A stretch of 64,000 nt of DNA from Candidatus Marinacidobacterium sp. (GTDB lineage: Bacteria > Acidobacteriota > Vicinamibacteria > Marinacidobacterales > Marinacidobacteraceae): NCBI GenBank assembly GCA_965220965.1, contig OZ244852.1, positions 2,688,001 through 2,752,000 on the forward strand, in the 5' to 3' direction. This document shows, one piece after another, positions 28,380-36,892 of this stretch (position 1 is the stretch's first letter; every line of letters begins with the position of its first letter). The notes below the pieces were generated by a model. That model saw only the letters and a list, made by a program, of their open reading frames with translations, made no database searches and was not told the DNA's origin. Position numbers and translations under genes: made by a program.

Positions 28380-28841
28380 TCACTTCTCCAGCGAAGTGAA
28401 ACCCTTCCAGCCGGGGAGCGCCGCGGCCTGCCGGACCCAGTCGGCGAGCTGCTCCTCGTCGAACTCGCCCTCGTGGATGTTGAACCAGCGCGCGTCCGGA
28501 TCCTTGCCGACCCCCGGCGGAAGCGGCCGCAGCGACTTGCCTTCGAAAAACGTCACCTTGATGTAGCGGGCGAAGACGTGGGTGTTCAGGAACCACCCCT
28601 GTCCCTCGACGCCGTAGAAGGGCGAGTTCCAGCGCACGGCCTTGCGGACTCCCGGGACGGTGCGCTCGATGAGTTCGTCCAGGCGCCGGCCGATCCCGCT
28701 CTTCCAGCCCGGCATCGCGGCGATATAGGCCTGCACCGGGGCGTCGCCGTCCGCCTTGGCGATCTGGGGGTTGCCCCCCGAGAGCAGCACCGGTCCCCCT
28801 TCGGCCGTGGGAGCGGGCGGCCTCGACGTTCGCCTGGGCAT
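28380..28841 (-). CDS. DUF1801 (YdhG-like) domain protein
   Basis: PVLLSGGNPQIAKADGDAPVQAYIAAMPGWK...RKAVRWNSPFYG...WVRQAAALPGW; RBS GGAGGG upstream. Confidence 0.85.
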   Translation of the reverse strand: MPRRTSRPPAPTAEGGPVLLSGGNPQIAKADGDAPVQAYIAAMPGWKSGIGRRLDELIERTVPGVRKAVRWNSPFYGVEGQGWFLNTHVFARYIKVTFFEGKSLRPLPPGVGKDPDARWFNIHEGEFDEEQLADWVRQAAALPGWKGFTSLEK

Positions 28842-29025
28842 GGTTCCCTCCGTTGCGGGTCAGAGTCTCGCATAGCGAGGGTCATCCGGTCGCCGAGGTT
28901 CTCTACGATCGGGACGCGGGTCGACTGACTCGAACCTGACGGGCGCGACGAGCCCGTCCGCGGCCCTTCGAGGCCGGTCCGGACTGGCGCCGACTCACGC
29001 CAGCCGGTGACCGAGGGCTACCGCG

Positions 29026-29113
29026 TGGCGGAGGGAGGGGGATTCGAACCCCCGGACCCTGGCGGGTCAGTGGTTTTCAAGACCACCGCCTTCGTCCGCT
29101 CGGCCATCCCTCC
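29026..29113 (-). tRNA. tRNA-Ser(TGA)
   Basis: GGAGGGATGGCCGAGCGG...GTGGT-CTTGAAA-ACCAC, long variable arm, GGTTCGAATCC, ends in encoded GCCA. Confidence 0.95.
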
Positions 29114-29155
29114 GATATCGGACCGGCTGCGGGGGCCGGGACTCGTGGACTCGAT

Positions 29156-30100
29156 CTAGGGCTTCGGGAGCGCGGCGAGCATCTGTTCGGCGGTCGCCGC
29201 GGCGACGCTGCCGGGCTCGACCTCGATCGCCATGTTGAGGTGCTCGGCGGCGGTCTCCAGGTTCCCCTGGTTCAGGTACACCATCGCGATCTGGAGGTGC
29301 GGCTCCGCCCAGTCGAGCTTCCGCTCGGCGGCCACCTCGTAGTACTCGATCGCCTTGTCCATCTCGCCGTTCTGGAAATAGATCTGTCCGACGTTGAACG
29401 GGATCACTTCGTCATCCGTCGAGTTGACGGCCTGCTCGAAGTATCCGACGGCCTCGTCGAGGTCGCCGGCCCCGACCGCGATGTTCGCCATCGAGACGAG
29501 GGCCCCGGCGTGCGCGGGCTCCTGGTCGAGGACGATCTGGTAGGCCGCCTTGGCCTCGTCCATCCGGTTCAGCTCGCGCAGGACCGCGCCGCGGTTCAGA
29601 TTGATCTGGTAGACCGTGGGATCGGCGGCCAGGATTTCGTCGTACTTGACGAGCGCCTCGTCAAACCGGCCGGCGGTGTGGAGCTCCTGCGCCTCGGCGA
29701 GCAGACCTCCGCCGGTTCCCGCCGACCGCCCCATCTGGGCCCGCTCCAGGACCAGATCCATGTCCGGGTTCTGCCCGGCCTGACGCATTGGCGCCTGGTA
29801 GTTGTAGGGCATGAACCCGGGCGCGGACGCGGAGAAATCGTAGGTGCGGCTCCGGAACCCGAGGATCGCCCAGCGACCCCGGTCGTCCGTCGTCGCCTCC
29901 AGCACGCGGGCCGAATCGCCGGCGCTCGCGGTGACCGTGGCGCCCTCGATCGGGTTGCCGTCCTGGTCCTTCACGGTCCCCGAGACGCGACCGGTGCCCA
30001 TCTGGGCCAGGGCGGTTGTCGCGAGCAGGGTCAGCGCCAGGCCAGCGCCGAACGAGGCTCCGGCGACGCGCCGGATCCGGGTTTCCTGGTTCATGGTCAT
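29156..30100 (-). CDS. Exported protein: carboxypeptidase-regulatory-like domain + TPR repeats
   Basis: RBS GGAGGAG; signal peptide ending ALA|Q; [20 protein letters not shown]; several TPRs. Confidence 0.85.
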   Translation of the reverse strand: MTMNQETRIRRVAGASFGAGLALTLLATTALAQMGTGRVSGTVKDQDGNPIEGATVTASAGDSARVLEATTDDRGRWAILGFRSRTYDFSASAPGFMPYNYQAPMRQAGQNPDMDLVLERAQMGRSAGTGGGLLAEAQELHTAGRFDEALVKYDEILAADPTVYQINLNRGAVLRELNRMDEAKAAYQIVLDQEPAHAGALVSMANIAVGAGDLDEAVGYFEQAVNSTDDEVIPFNVGQIYFQNGEMDKAIEYYEVAAERKLDWAEPHLQIAMVYLNQGNLETAAEHLNMAIEVEPGSVAAATAEQMLAALPKP

Positions 30101-30175
30101 CGGGTCTCCTCCCGCTCGCTCACGGTCGCTCATGAGGCCGACCGAAGGCTCGGCATCCGGCCAGCGCGCCCCGGC

Positions 30176-30249
30176 TGGCTGGGAAGCAGGGACTCGAACC
30201 CCGATTCCACGGTCCAGAGCCGTGTGTCCTGCCATTGGACGACTTCCCA
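30176..30249 (-). tRNA. tRNA-Gln(CTG)
   Basis: TGGGAAGTCGTCCAATGGCAGGAC-A-CACGG-CTCTGGA-CCGTG...GGTTCGAGTCC...TTCCCAGCCA cloverleaf. Confidence 0.95.
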
Positions 30250-30346
30250 TAGCTGCCCGGACCCTGAAGGATAGCAGCAGGCGCCGCCGCCCCCCGCCGA
30301 GCGAGGTACCATCCGGCGGCGCGCGGAGCTTGCCCGAATCGTGCCT

Positions 30347-30433
30347 GGAGAGGTGCTGGAGTGGCTGAACAGGGCTGCCTGCTAAGCAGTTGCGCGGGGA
30401 ACCGCGCCGAGGGTTCGAATCCCTCCCTCTCCG
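30347..30433 (+). tRNA. tRNA-Ser(GCT)
   Basis: Acceptor GGAGAGG/CCTCTCC, anticodon arm GCTGC-CTGCTAA-GCAGT, variable arm GCGCGG-GGAA-CCGCGC, T arm GAGGG-TTCGAAT-CCCTC; followed by CCG, so CCA is not encoded. Confidence 0.95.
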
Positions 30434-33303
30434 CCGGGCCTCCGAGGTCCGGACTCCGGTCCCGGGCCGCCGCGCTCCTCGCCTTCGCCTGGCTCGGGGC
30501 CGGAGCGCCGGCTCTCGCCCAGCCGGGCGGCGGCGTTGATGGAGTCGTGGTGGACGCCACCGGCGGCGTGCTGCCCGGCGCCCGGATCACCCTCGTTCTC
30601 GTCGACCGCGGGCTCGAGCGCCGGCAGACCGCCGGGCCCCTGGGCCGGTTCGGTTTCGCCGGTCTGCCGCCGGGTCTCTACCGGATCACCGCCGACCATC
30701 CCGGATTCCAGAGCGGTCCTCCGGCCGATCTGGTGGTCGACGCCGGATCCGTCGTGGAGGTGGAGCTGCGGCTCGCCGTCGCCGGGATCGTCGAGAGCGT
30801 GTCGGCGATGTCCCGACGACCGCTGGAGCTGCGGGGCGCCGGGGTGCGGGAGACGGTCGACCGCCCGGTTCTCGAGGACCTCCCGAACTCCCGGGACATC
30901 TGGACGGTCCTGGAGCAGACGCCGGGGATCCTGATGGACAAGGTGAACGTCGGGGGCGCCGAGAGCGGCCAGCAGTCGCTGTTCTCCGCCGCCGGCTCGG
31001 CGTGGACCCAGAACCGCTACGTCCTGAACGGAGTCAACGTGACGGACCCGGGAGCGATGGGCGCCGCCATCGCCTACTTCACCTTCGACAGCTTCGAGGA
31101 GGTGGAGGTCTCGACCGCCGGACACCGCGCCGAGATCGCGACCCCCGGCGTCTTCCTGAACATCGTGACCCGGAAGGGCGGGAACGACTTCGCCGGGAGC
31201 GGGGCCTTCTTCTGGGAGCACGAGCGGTTCCAGTCGGAGAACCTCGATGACGCGCTCCGCGCCCGCGGCGTGGGGCAGGCGAACCGGCTCAAGGCGCTCT
31301 ACGACGGCTCGCTCGACCTCGGCGGGCCGCTGCGGCGGGACCGCGCGTGGTTCTACCTGAGCGCCTCGCGGTTCCGGGTGGAGCCCTACCTGCCCGGGTT
31401 CTTTCTCGAATCGGGCGCTCCGGGAGTCGACCTGACCCAGCTCGACAACCTGCTGGCGCGCGCCTCGGTCGAGGTCGCCGAGGGTCACGAGGTGGGGTTT
31501 TTCTTCTACCGGAACCGGAAGTTCCGGCCCTACCGGGGGGCCAGTCTCTTTCGTCCCCGACCCGAGACGACGTTCCATCAGGACTCCACGACGACCCTGG
31601 CCCAGCTCAACTGGTCCGCGGTCCTGGATGAATCGCTGCTCCTCCAGGCCCGGCTCAGCCTGGTGGACCTCTATTTCCCCTACGGGGCCCAGCCGGACCG
31701 GGCCCCGCAGGTCTCCCGCTGGGAACTCAACCGGGGCGTCTGGTACGGAGGATCGGGGACGAACACCGTCTACGAGCGGGATCGGCTCGAGGCGAACGCC
31801 ACCGCCACCTGGTTCCGGGACGGCCTCTTCGGCGCCACCCACGAATTCAGGGCGGGCTTCGAGGCGAGCCACAACCCGACGCGGACCACGCATGACCTCT
31901 TCGGGGGGATCCTCTACATCCACGACCGGCTGGAGCCGATCGAGGTCCGGATCTCCAACGAGCCGGTCGCCGTCCGCAACTTCACCCGGAACCTGGGCGT
32001 CTACGTCCAGGACAGCCTGGTTCGGGGACGCCTCGCGCTCGATGTCGGGCTCCGCGCCGACTGGTGGAACGCCGGCTACCCCGACCAGACGAACCGGCCC
32101 GGACCGTGGAGCGAGGTCTTCGCCGGGTTCGGGCGGCCGGGCGAAGTCCCCGCCCGGAATGATGTGGTGCGCTGGTTCGGGCTCGCGCCGAGGCTGGGCG
32201 CGAGTTACGACCTGACCGGGGACGGACGCACGCTGATCCGGGTCAGCGCCGGGCGCTACCTGCACCAGGTGGGCGTCAGCGTCCCCCAGTTCGCGAACCC
32301 GAATGCGCTGGCGCGGGCGATCTTCCGGTTCGAGGACCAAAACGGCGACCAGCTCGTGGATCCCGGCGAAGTCGACTTCTCCCGGCCGCTGAGCGTGTTC
32401 CTGCCGCGGGAGAACGAGGTGGACCCGGACCTGAAGCAGCCGGTCACCGACGAGGTCACCCTGGGGCTCCACCGGGAGCTCCCCTGGGGAATCGCCGTCG
32501 GCCTCACCGGGATCCTGCGGCGGGAGCGCCATCTGATCGAGGACATCGACGTCGGCGTCCCGGATTCGGCCTGGACCCCGGTTCCGCACCTGGATCCGGG
32601 CCGGGACTTCGTGCGCGGGTCGGAGGACGATGCGCCGTGGACGCTTTGGGTCCAGGATCCGGCGACGCTGGGCCAGAGCCGGTTCCTGCTCACGAACCCC
32701 GGGATCGGGTCGAGCTACCGGGGGGTGATCGCGGAGGCGAGAAAGCGCTACGCGAGCGGCTGGCAGCTCCTCGCCTCGGTCACCTGGAGCCGGTCCATCG
32801 GCTGGCTGTCGGGTCCCGGCGAGGAGACCACGGTCGGGACCGGGTTCGCCGACATCCTGTTCAACAACCCGAACCACCGGGAGTTCCACGAGGGCCGGAC
32901 CTTCTGGGACCGACCCTTCCTCGCCCGGGTCTCGGGGAGCGCGCGCCTTCCCTGGGGGCTGTCGGCGGCGGCCTCGTTCCGGGCGCATTCCGGCTGGCCG
33001 AACTACCGGACGGTCATCTTCACCGAAACGCTCGAGGGAGACCCGTTGCCGCAGGGCGCCACCGAGGTCGTCGTCGAGCCGCCGGGCGCGGCCCGCTCTC
33101 CGGCCGTTCCGCTGCTGGACCTGCGCCTCGATCACCGGCTGAGCCTGCCGGGAGCCGTCGAGCTCTCGACCTACCTCGACGTCTTCAACGCCCTGAACCT
33201 GAACAGCGTCATCGGGGAGGGCTCGCGCGACGACGGGTTCGGGGCGGTTGTCGGCATCCTGCCCCCCCGGGTGGCGCGTCTCGGGGTCCGCGTCCGCTTC
33301 TGA
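30361..33303 (+). CDS. TonB-dependent receptor (CarboxypepD_reg + plug + barrel); start codon ambiguous
   Basis: Signal-like RSRAAALLAFAWLGAGAPALA|Q, GVVVDATGGVLPGA, NRYVLNGVNVTDP, PGVFLNIVTRKGGN, C-terminal RLGVRVRF. The only canonical start upstream of the signal peptide lies inside tRNA-Ser. Confidence 0.85.
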   Translation: MAEQGCLLSSCAGNRAEGSNPSLSAGPPRSGLRSRAAALLAFAWLGAGAPALAQPGGGVDGVVVDATGGVLPGARITLVLVDRGLERRQTAGPLGRFGFAGLPPGLYRITADHPGFQSGPPADLVVDAGSVVEVELRLAVAGIVESVSAMSRRPLELRGAGVRETVDRPVLEDLPNSRDIWTVLEQTPGILMDKVNVGGAESGQQSLFSAAGSAWTQNRYVLNGVNVTDPGAMGAAIAYFTFDSFEEVEVSTAGHRAEIATPGVFLNIVTRKGGNDFAGSGAFFWEHERFQSENLDDALRARGVGQANRLKALYDGSLDLGGPLRRDRAWFYLSASRFRVEPYLPGFFLESGAPGVDLTQLDNLLARASVEVAEGHEVGFFFYRNRKFRPYRGASLFRPRPETTFHQDSTTTLAQLNWSAVLDESLLLQARLSLVDLYFPYGAQPDRAPQVSRWELNRGVWYGGSGTNTVYERDRLEANATATWFRDGLFGATHEFRAGFEASHNPTRTTHDLFGGILYIHDRLEPIEVRISNEPVAVRNFTRNLGVYVQDSLVRGRLALDVGLRADWWNAGYPDQTNRPGPWSEVFAGFGRPGEVPARNDVVRWFGLAPRLGASYDLTGDGRTLIRVSAGRYLHQVGVSVPQFANPNALARAIFRFEDQNGDQLVDPGEVDFSRPLSVFLPRENEVDPDLKQPVTDEVTLGLHRELPWGIAVGLTGILRRERHLIEDIDVGVPDSAWTPVPHLDPGRDFVRGSEDDAPWTLWVQDPATLGQSRFLLTNPGIGSSYRGVIAEARKRYASGWQLLASVTWSRSIGWLSGPGEETTVGTGFADILFNNPNHREFHEGRTFWDRPFLARVSGSARLPWGLSAAASFRAHSGWPNYRTVIFTETLEGDPLPQGATEVVVEPPGAARSPAVPLLDLRLDHRLSLPGAVELSTYLDVFNALNLNSVIGEGSRDDGFGAVVGILPPRVARLGVRVRF

Positions 33304-33335
33304 GCGTCGCCCGGGTGGGACCGGGCGCTCCGAAT

Positions 33336-35462
33336 CTACCGGGGGGAGGAGGTGATTTCGTCGAGGCGGGCGCGGACCGGAGGCTGGTTCGGCTCGAGGT
33401 CGAGCGAGCGCTGGAGGGTGGCGCGCGCGTCCTCCATCCGGCCGGTGCGGGCGTAGGCGTCCCCGAGGACGTTCAGAAGCGGCGGGCCGGGGGTCCGGAG
33501 CGTGATCGCGTGCTCGAGATGGGTGATCGAGTCCTCGAGGCGGCCCTCGAAGAAGCGCACGAACCCGAGGCCGCTGACGACCTCGAAGGTGTCCGCGAAC
33601 CCTTCGGCCATCGGATCGAGCAGCGCGGCGGCCTCGGCGATCCGTCCGGTGTTCAGGTAACCGTGGGCGAGCTTCCAGCGGGCATCGGGGATCTGCGGGT
33701 TGCCGACCGCGACGGCCGCCTCGTACTCGGAAAGCGCCTCCTCGAAGCGCTGGAGCGCGAGGTACTGGTCGCCGCGGACGAGCGAGAGCAGTCCGGGCGT
33801 CCCGGCGTTGAAGCCGCGGCGGAGCATGAAGCCGGCGCGCGGAACGCCCGCCCGCGGCGAGACCGAGAGGCGTCGCTCCCGCTGGTCCAGCAGGGCGCCG
33901 TCGTCCGCCTCGAGCTGGCCGCGCAGCCAGTAGCTTCCGCCGATCCCGAGGTCGAGCGGGATCCTGGCCAGCACCGCGCCGCCCTCGACCACCGGCTGCT
34001 CGACAGTGGCGAGCACCTCGGATCCGGGCTGTCCGGCCTCGTCGCTCAGGATCTCGAACCGCACCCGGTGTCCGCTCCCGGCGTTCGTCGCGTGGGCGAA
34101 CGCGTAGAGCGTGTTCCCGAGCGCGAACAGGCCGTCGGCGGCCGGCTGGATGCGGACGCTTCCCACCTGAAACGTCCGGATCGCGTCCGCCGAGGCGGCC
34201 TCCGCCAGCTCCGTGCCGTCGAAGGCCGGCACCACATCGGCGAGCCTGGGCGCCCCGTCAGCGTCTTCCAGCCACGTCGTGTCGATCGTCGTCTCGAGGA
34301 CGGTGAACTGCTGCGCCGCCCGGTTCCGCACGATGACGCTGAACTCGTAGCGCCCCGGCAGCAGCGGGACGGAGTCCTGGTAGGCGAACGGCGAACTCCG
34401 CACCTGATCCACCTGGGTCCGGGAGAGCTCGATGAAGGCGGGGCGGTCCACCGCCAGCACCGTCACGTCGTCCTCGTTCACGGCTTCCGCGGAAACGTCC
34501 AGCGTCGTGTAGAACCGGGTCTGGTCCTCGTCGGTTTCGAGCGTGAAGTTCTGCGGGTCGATCTCCACGCTGTAGTGGACGAAGGGGGTCCCGTCGGGGC
34601 CTCCGGTGATCGCGAAGATGCCCCGGCTGGGGACGAAGTTGAACGAGTAATCGGCGCTGACCCGGTCCCGGTAGCGAAGCCAGGCGTCCGCATAGTCTGT
34701 GCGGATGGCCCGGCGCGGCGAGTCCTCGATCCGCGCGATGACCAGGTCGCTGCCGAGCGATGCCCGCCCCGAGGTCCAGTCCCCGGGTTCCGAGGGGTCG
34801 AGCGAGAGCGAGGCGTTCGCCAGCTCGGCGTCGATCCGCTGCAGGGTCTCGTAGGCCTGGACGTTGCCCTCGGGTCCCGGGCCCTGGGTGTACTGGCCGC
34901 GGACCAGCGACTGGGGCCCGTCCACCACCGGGTGGTAGAGCCGGTACTCGCCGATGTCGTGGCGCTTGAAGAAGACCAGATAGAAGAACGAGGGCAGCCC
35001 CTTCCGCACGTCACCCTGGTAGAACCAGATTTCGCTGGAGACTACCTCGTTGTAGCCGTCGAAGGAGTGGCGCTCGCGCGGCTCCCCGAGCAGGATGTAG
35101 TAGCGGCCGCGGTCCGTTCGCCAGCCTTCCCGGAAAGTGTCCCGGCCGAGGTACTCGTTGGCGTACTCGATGCGGCGGTAGTGCTCGTCCCGGAATTCGT
35201 TCTCCGGCGTCGCCGGGTAGGGGTCCCGCTTCTCCCAGAAGACCTCGATGAAGCGGTCCCGCTCCTCGACCGTGTCGAGGGTGAGGAAGACGTCCTCCTC
35301 GCGGTCCGTGATGATGTAGTTGACCTCTTCCTCGAGCCAGGTGCGGTGGTCCTCCCGCAGCCGTTCGAGGCGCTCCCGGCGGCTCAGTTCTTCCTGGGCG
35401 AGCGCGGTCCCGGCCAGCGACGCCATGGCGGCGGCGAGCGCGACAGCGGCGACGCGCCTCAT
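33336..35462 (-). CDS. GWxTD domain protein with C-terminal TPRs
   Basis: Signal peptide; WLEEEVNYIITDRE...FWEKRDPYPATPENEFRDEHYRRIEYAN...GWRTDRGRYYILLGEP; ATGA overlap with the upstream regulator. Confidence 0.92.
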   Translation of the reverse strand: MRRVAAVALAAAMASLAGTALAQEELSRRERLERLREDHRTWLEEEVNYIITDREEDVFLTLDTVEERDRFIEVFWEKRDPYPATPENEFRDEHYRRIEYANEYLGRDTFREGWRTDRGRYYILLGEPRERHSFDGYNEVVSSEIWFYQGDVRKGLPSFFYLVFFKRHDIGEYRLYHPVVDGPQSLVRGQYTQGPGPEGNVQAYETLQRIDAELANASLSLDPSEPGDWTSGRASLGSDLVIARIEDSPRRAIRTDYADAWLRYRDRVSADYSFNFVPSRGIFAITGGPDGTPFVHYSVEIDPQNFTLETDEDQTRFYTTLDVSAEAVNEDDVTVLAVDRPAFIELSRTQVDQVRSSPFAYQDSVPLLPGRYEFSVIVRNRAAQQFTVLETTIDTTWLEDADGAPRLADVVPAFDGTELAEAASADAIRTFQVGSVRIQPAADGLFALGNTLYAFAHATNAGSGHRVRFEILSDEAGQPGSEVLATVEQPVVEGGAVLARIPLDLGIGGSYWLRGQLEADDGALLDQRERRLSVSPRAGVPRAGFMLRRGFNAGTPGLLSLVRGDQYLALQRFEEALSEYEAAVAVGNPQIPDARWKLAHGYLNTGRIAEAAALLDPMAEGFADTFEVVSGLGFVRFFEGRLEDSITHLEHAITLRTPGPPLLNVLGDAYARTGRMEDARATLQRSLDLEPNQPPVRARLDEITSSPR

Positions 35463-36892
35463 CGCAGCGTCACCTCGGTCTCGGCGAGGACGGCGGGAGG
35501 GTTCTTCCGGCCGAAACGGATTCCGTGGCGTTTCAGCATCTCGTTCAGCGTGGTCGGCTTCAGACCGAGGACCTCGGCGGCCCGCTTCTGGACTCCGTCC
35601 ACGCGGTCGAGCGTATCGAGAAGCAGTTGCCGTTCCACCTCGGAAATGTACTCGCGGAAGGGGACTCCCGCCCGGGGCGAGGGGATCGCGGGCATTCCGG
35701 AGGGCGTCGCCCGCTGCCGCACCGCCTCCGGAAGGAAATCCGCCTCGATCGGCGAACCGGGGGCGAGCACGACGGCGCGCTCGACCGCGTTCTCCAGTTG
35801 CCGCACATTGCCCGGCCACGAGCAGTCCAGCAGCGTCCGCATCGCTTCCGCGGCGAAGGACATCAGCGGCTTCCGGTTCTCGCCGCAGTACTTGCGCAGG
35901 AAGTGGTGGGTCAGCGCCGGGATGTCCTCGCGCCGCTCCCGGAGCGGTGGAAGCGGAATGTTGATCACGTCCAGCCGGAAGTAGAGATCCTCGCGGAACC
36001 GGCCCTGTTCGGTGAGACGCTTCAGATCGGTGTTCGTGGCGGCGATGACCCGGACATCCACCTTGATCGTCTCGACCCCGCCGAGGTTCATGAATTCCTT
36101 TTCCTGGATGACCCGCAACAGCTTGGCCTGGGTCTCCATGTGGACCGTCCCGATCTCGTCGAAGAAGATGCTGCCTCCCTCGGCGACTTCGAACAGCCCC
36201 TTCTTCGGGGCCACCGCCCCGGTGAAGGCGCCCTTCAGGTGTCCGAACAGGTTCGATTCGAGCAGCTCGGGGGGAAGGCTTCCCGAATGGACGGTCACGA
36301 ACGGCCGTTTCCGCCGGGGGCTCCGGCGATGGATGGCCTTCGCCACCAGTTCCTTGCCGGTGCCGCTCTCGCCGGTGATCAGCACGTTGGCGCGCGACTG
36401 CGCCACCTGGTCGATCAGCGCGAAGACCTCGAGCATGCGCGGCGATTTGCCCACGATCTCGTCGAAGCGCTCCCGGCGAACGAGCTGATCGCGGAGCGAC
36501 CGGTTCTCCTGGGTGAGCTGGCGCTGGCGGATGCCGTTGGCGATCAGGTTCAGGACCTCGTCGTTCTTGAACGGCTTCGTCACGTAGTCGAAGGCCCCGC
36601 ACTTGATCGCCGCCACCGCCGTCTCCACCGAGGCGAACGCGGTCAGCATGACCACCGACAGTTCGGGATCGATCTGCCGGATCCGTTCGAGGACCTTCAG
36701 CCCGGAGATATCGGGCAGCATCACGTCGACCACCGCCAGGTCCACCGGTTCGCGGTCCACGATGCGAATGCCCTGCTCGCCGGTCTCGGCGAGGCGGACC
36801 GAGTACCCGGCCTGACGCAGGAGCGCTTCCAGAATCTCGCGCATGACCTGCTCGTCGTCCACGACGAGCACGGTTCCCCGGTTGCGGCTCAC
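35459..36892 (-). CDS. Sigma54-dependent response regulator (NtrC family)
   Basis: Receiver domain VLVVDDE...D...KPF; AAA+ GESGTGKE, ESNLFGHLKGAFTGA, FFDEIG, FREDLYFRL, WPGNVRQL; Fis-type HTH. Confidence 0.95.
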   Translation of the reverse strand: MSRNRGTVLVVDDEQVMREILEALLRQAGYSVRLAETGEQGIRIVDREPVDLAVVDVMLPDISGLKVLERIRQIDPELSVVMLTAFASVETAVAAIKCGAFDYVTKPFKNDEVLNLIANGIRQRQLTQENRSLRDQLVRRERFDEIVGKSPRMLEVFALIDQVAQSRANVLITGESGTGKELVAKAIHRRSPRRKRPFVTVHSGSLPPELLESNLFGHLKGAFTGAVAPKKGLFEVAEGGSIFFDEIGTVHMETQAKLLRVIQEKEFMNLGGVETIKVDVRVIAATNTDLKRLTEQGRFREDLYFRLDVINIPLPPLRERREDIPALTHHFLRKYCGENRKPLMSFAAEAMRTLLDCSWPGNVRQLENAVERAVVLAPGSPIEADFLPEAVRQRATPSGMPAIPSPRAGVPFREYISEVERQLLLDTLDRVDGVQKRAAEVLGLKPTTLNEMLKRHGIRFGRKNPPAVLAETEVTLR

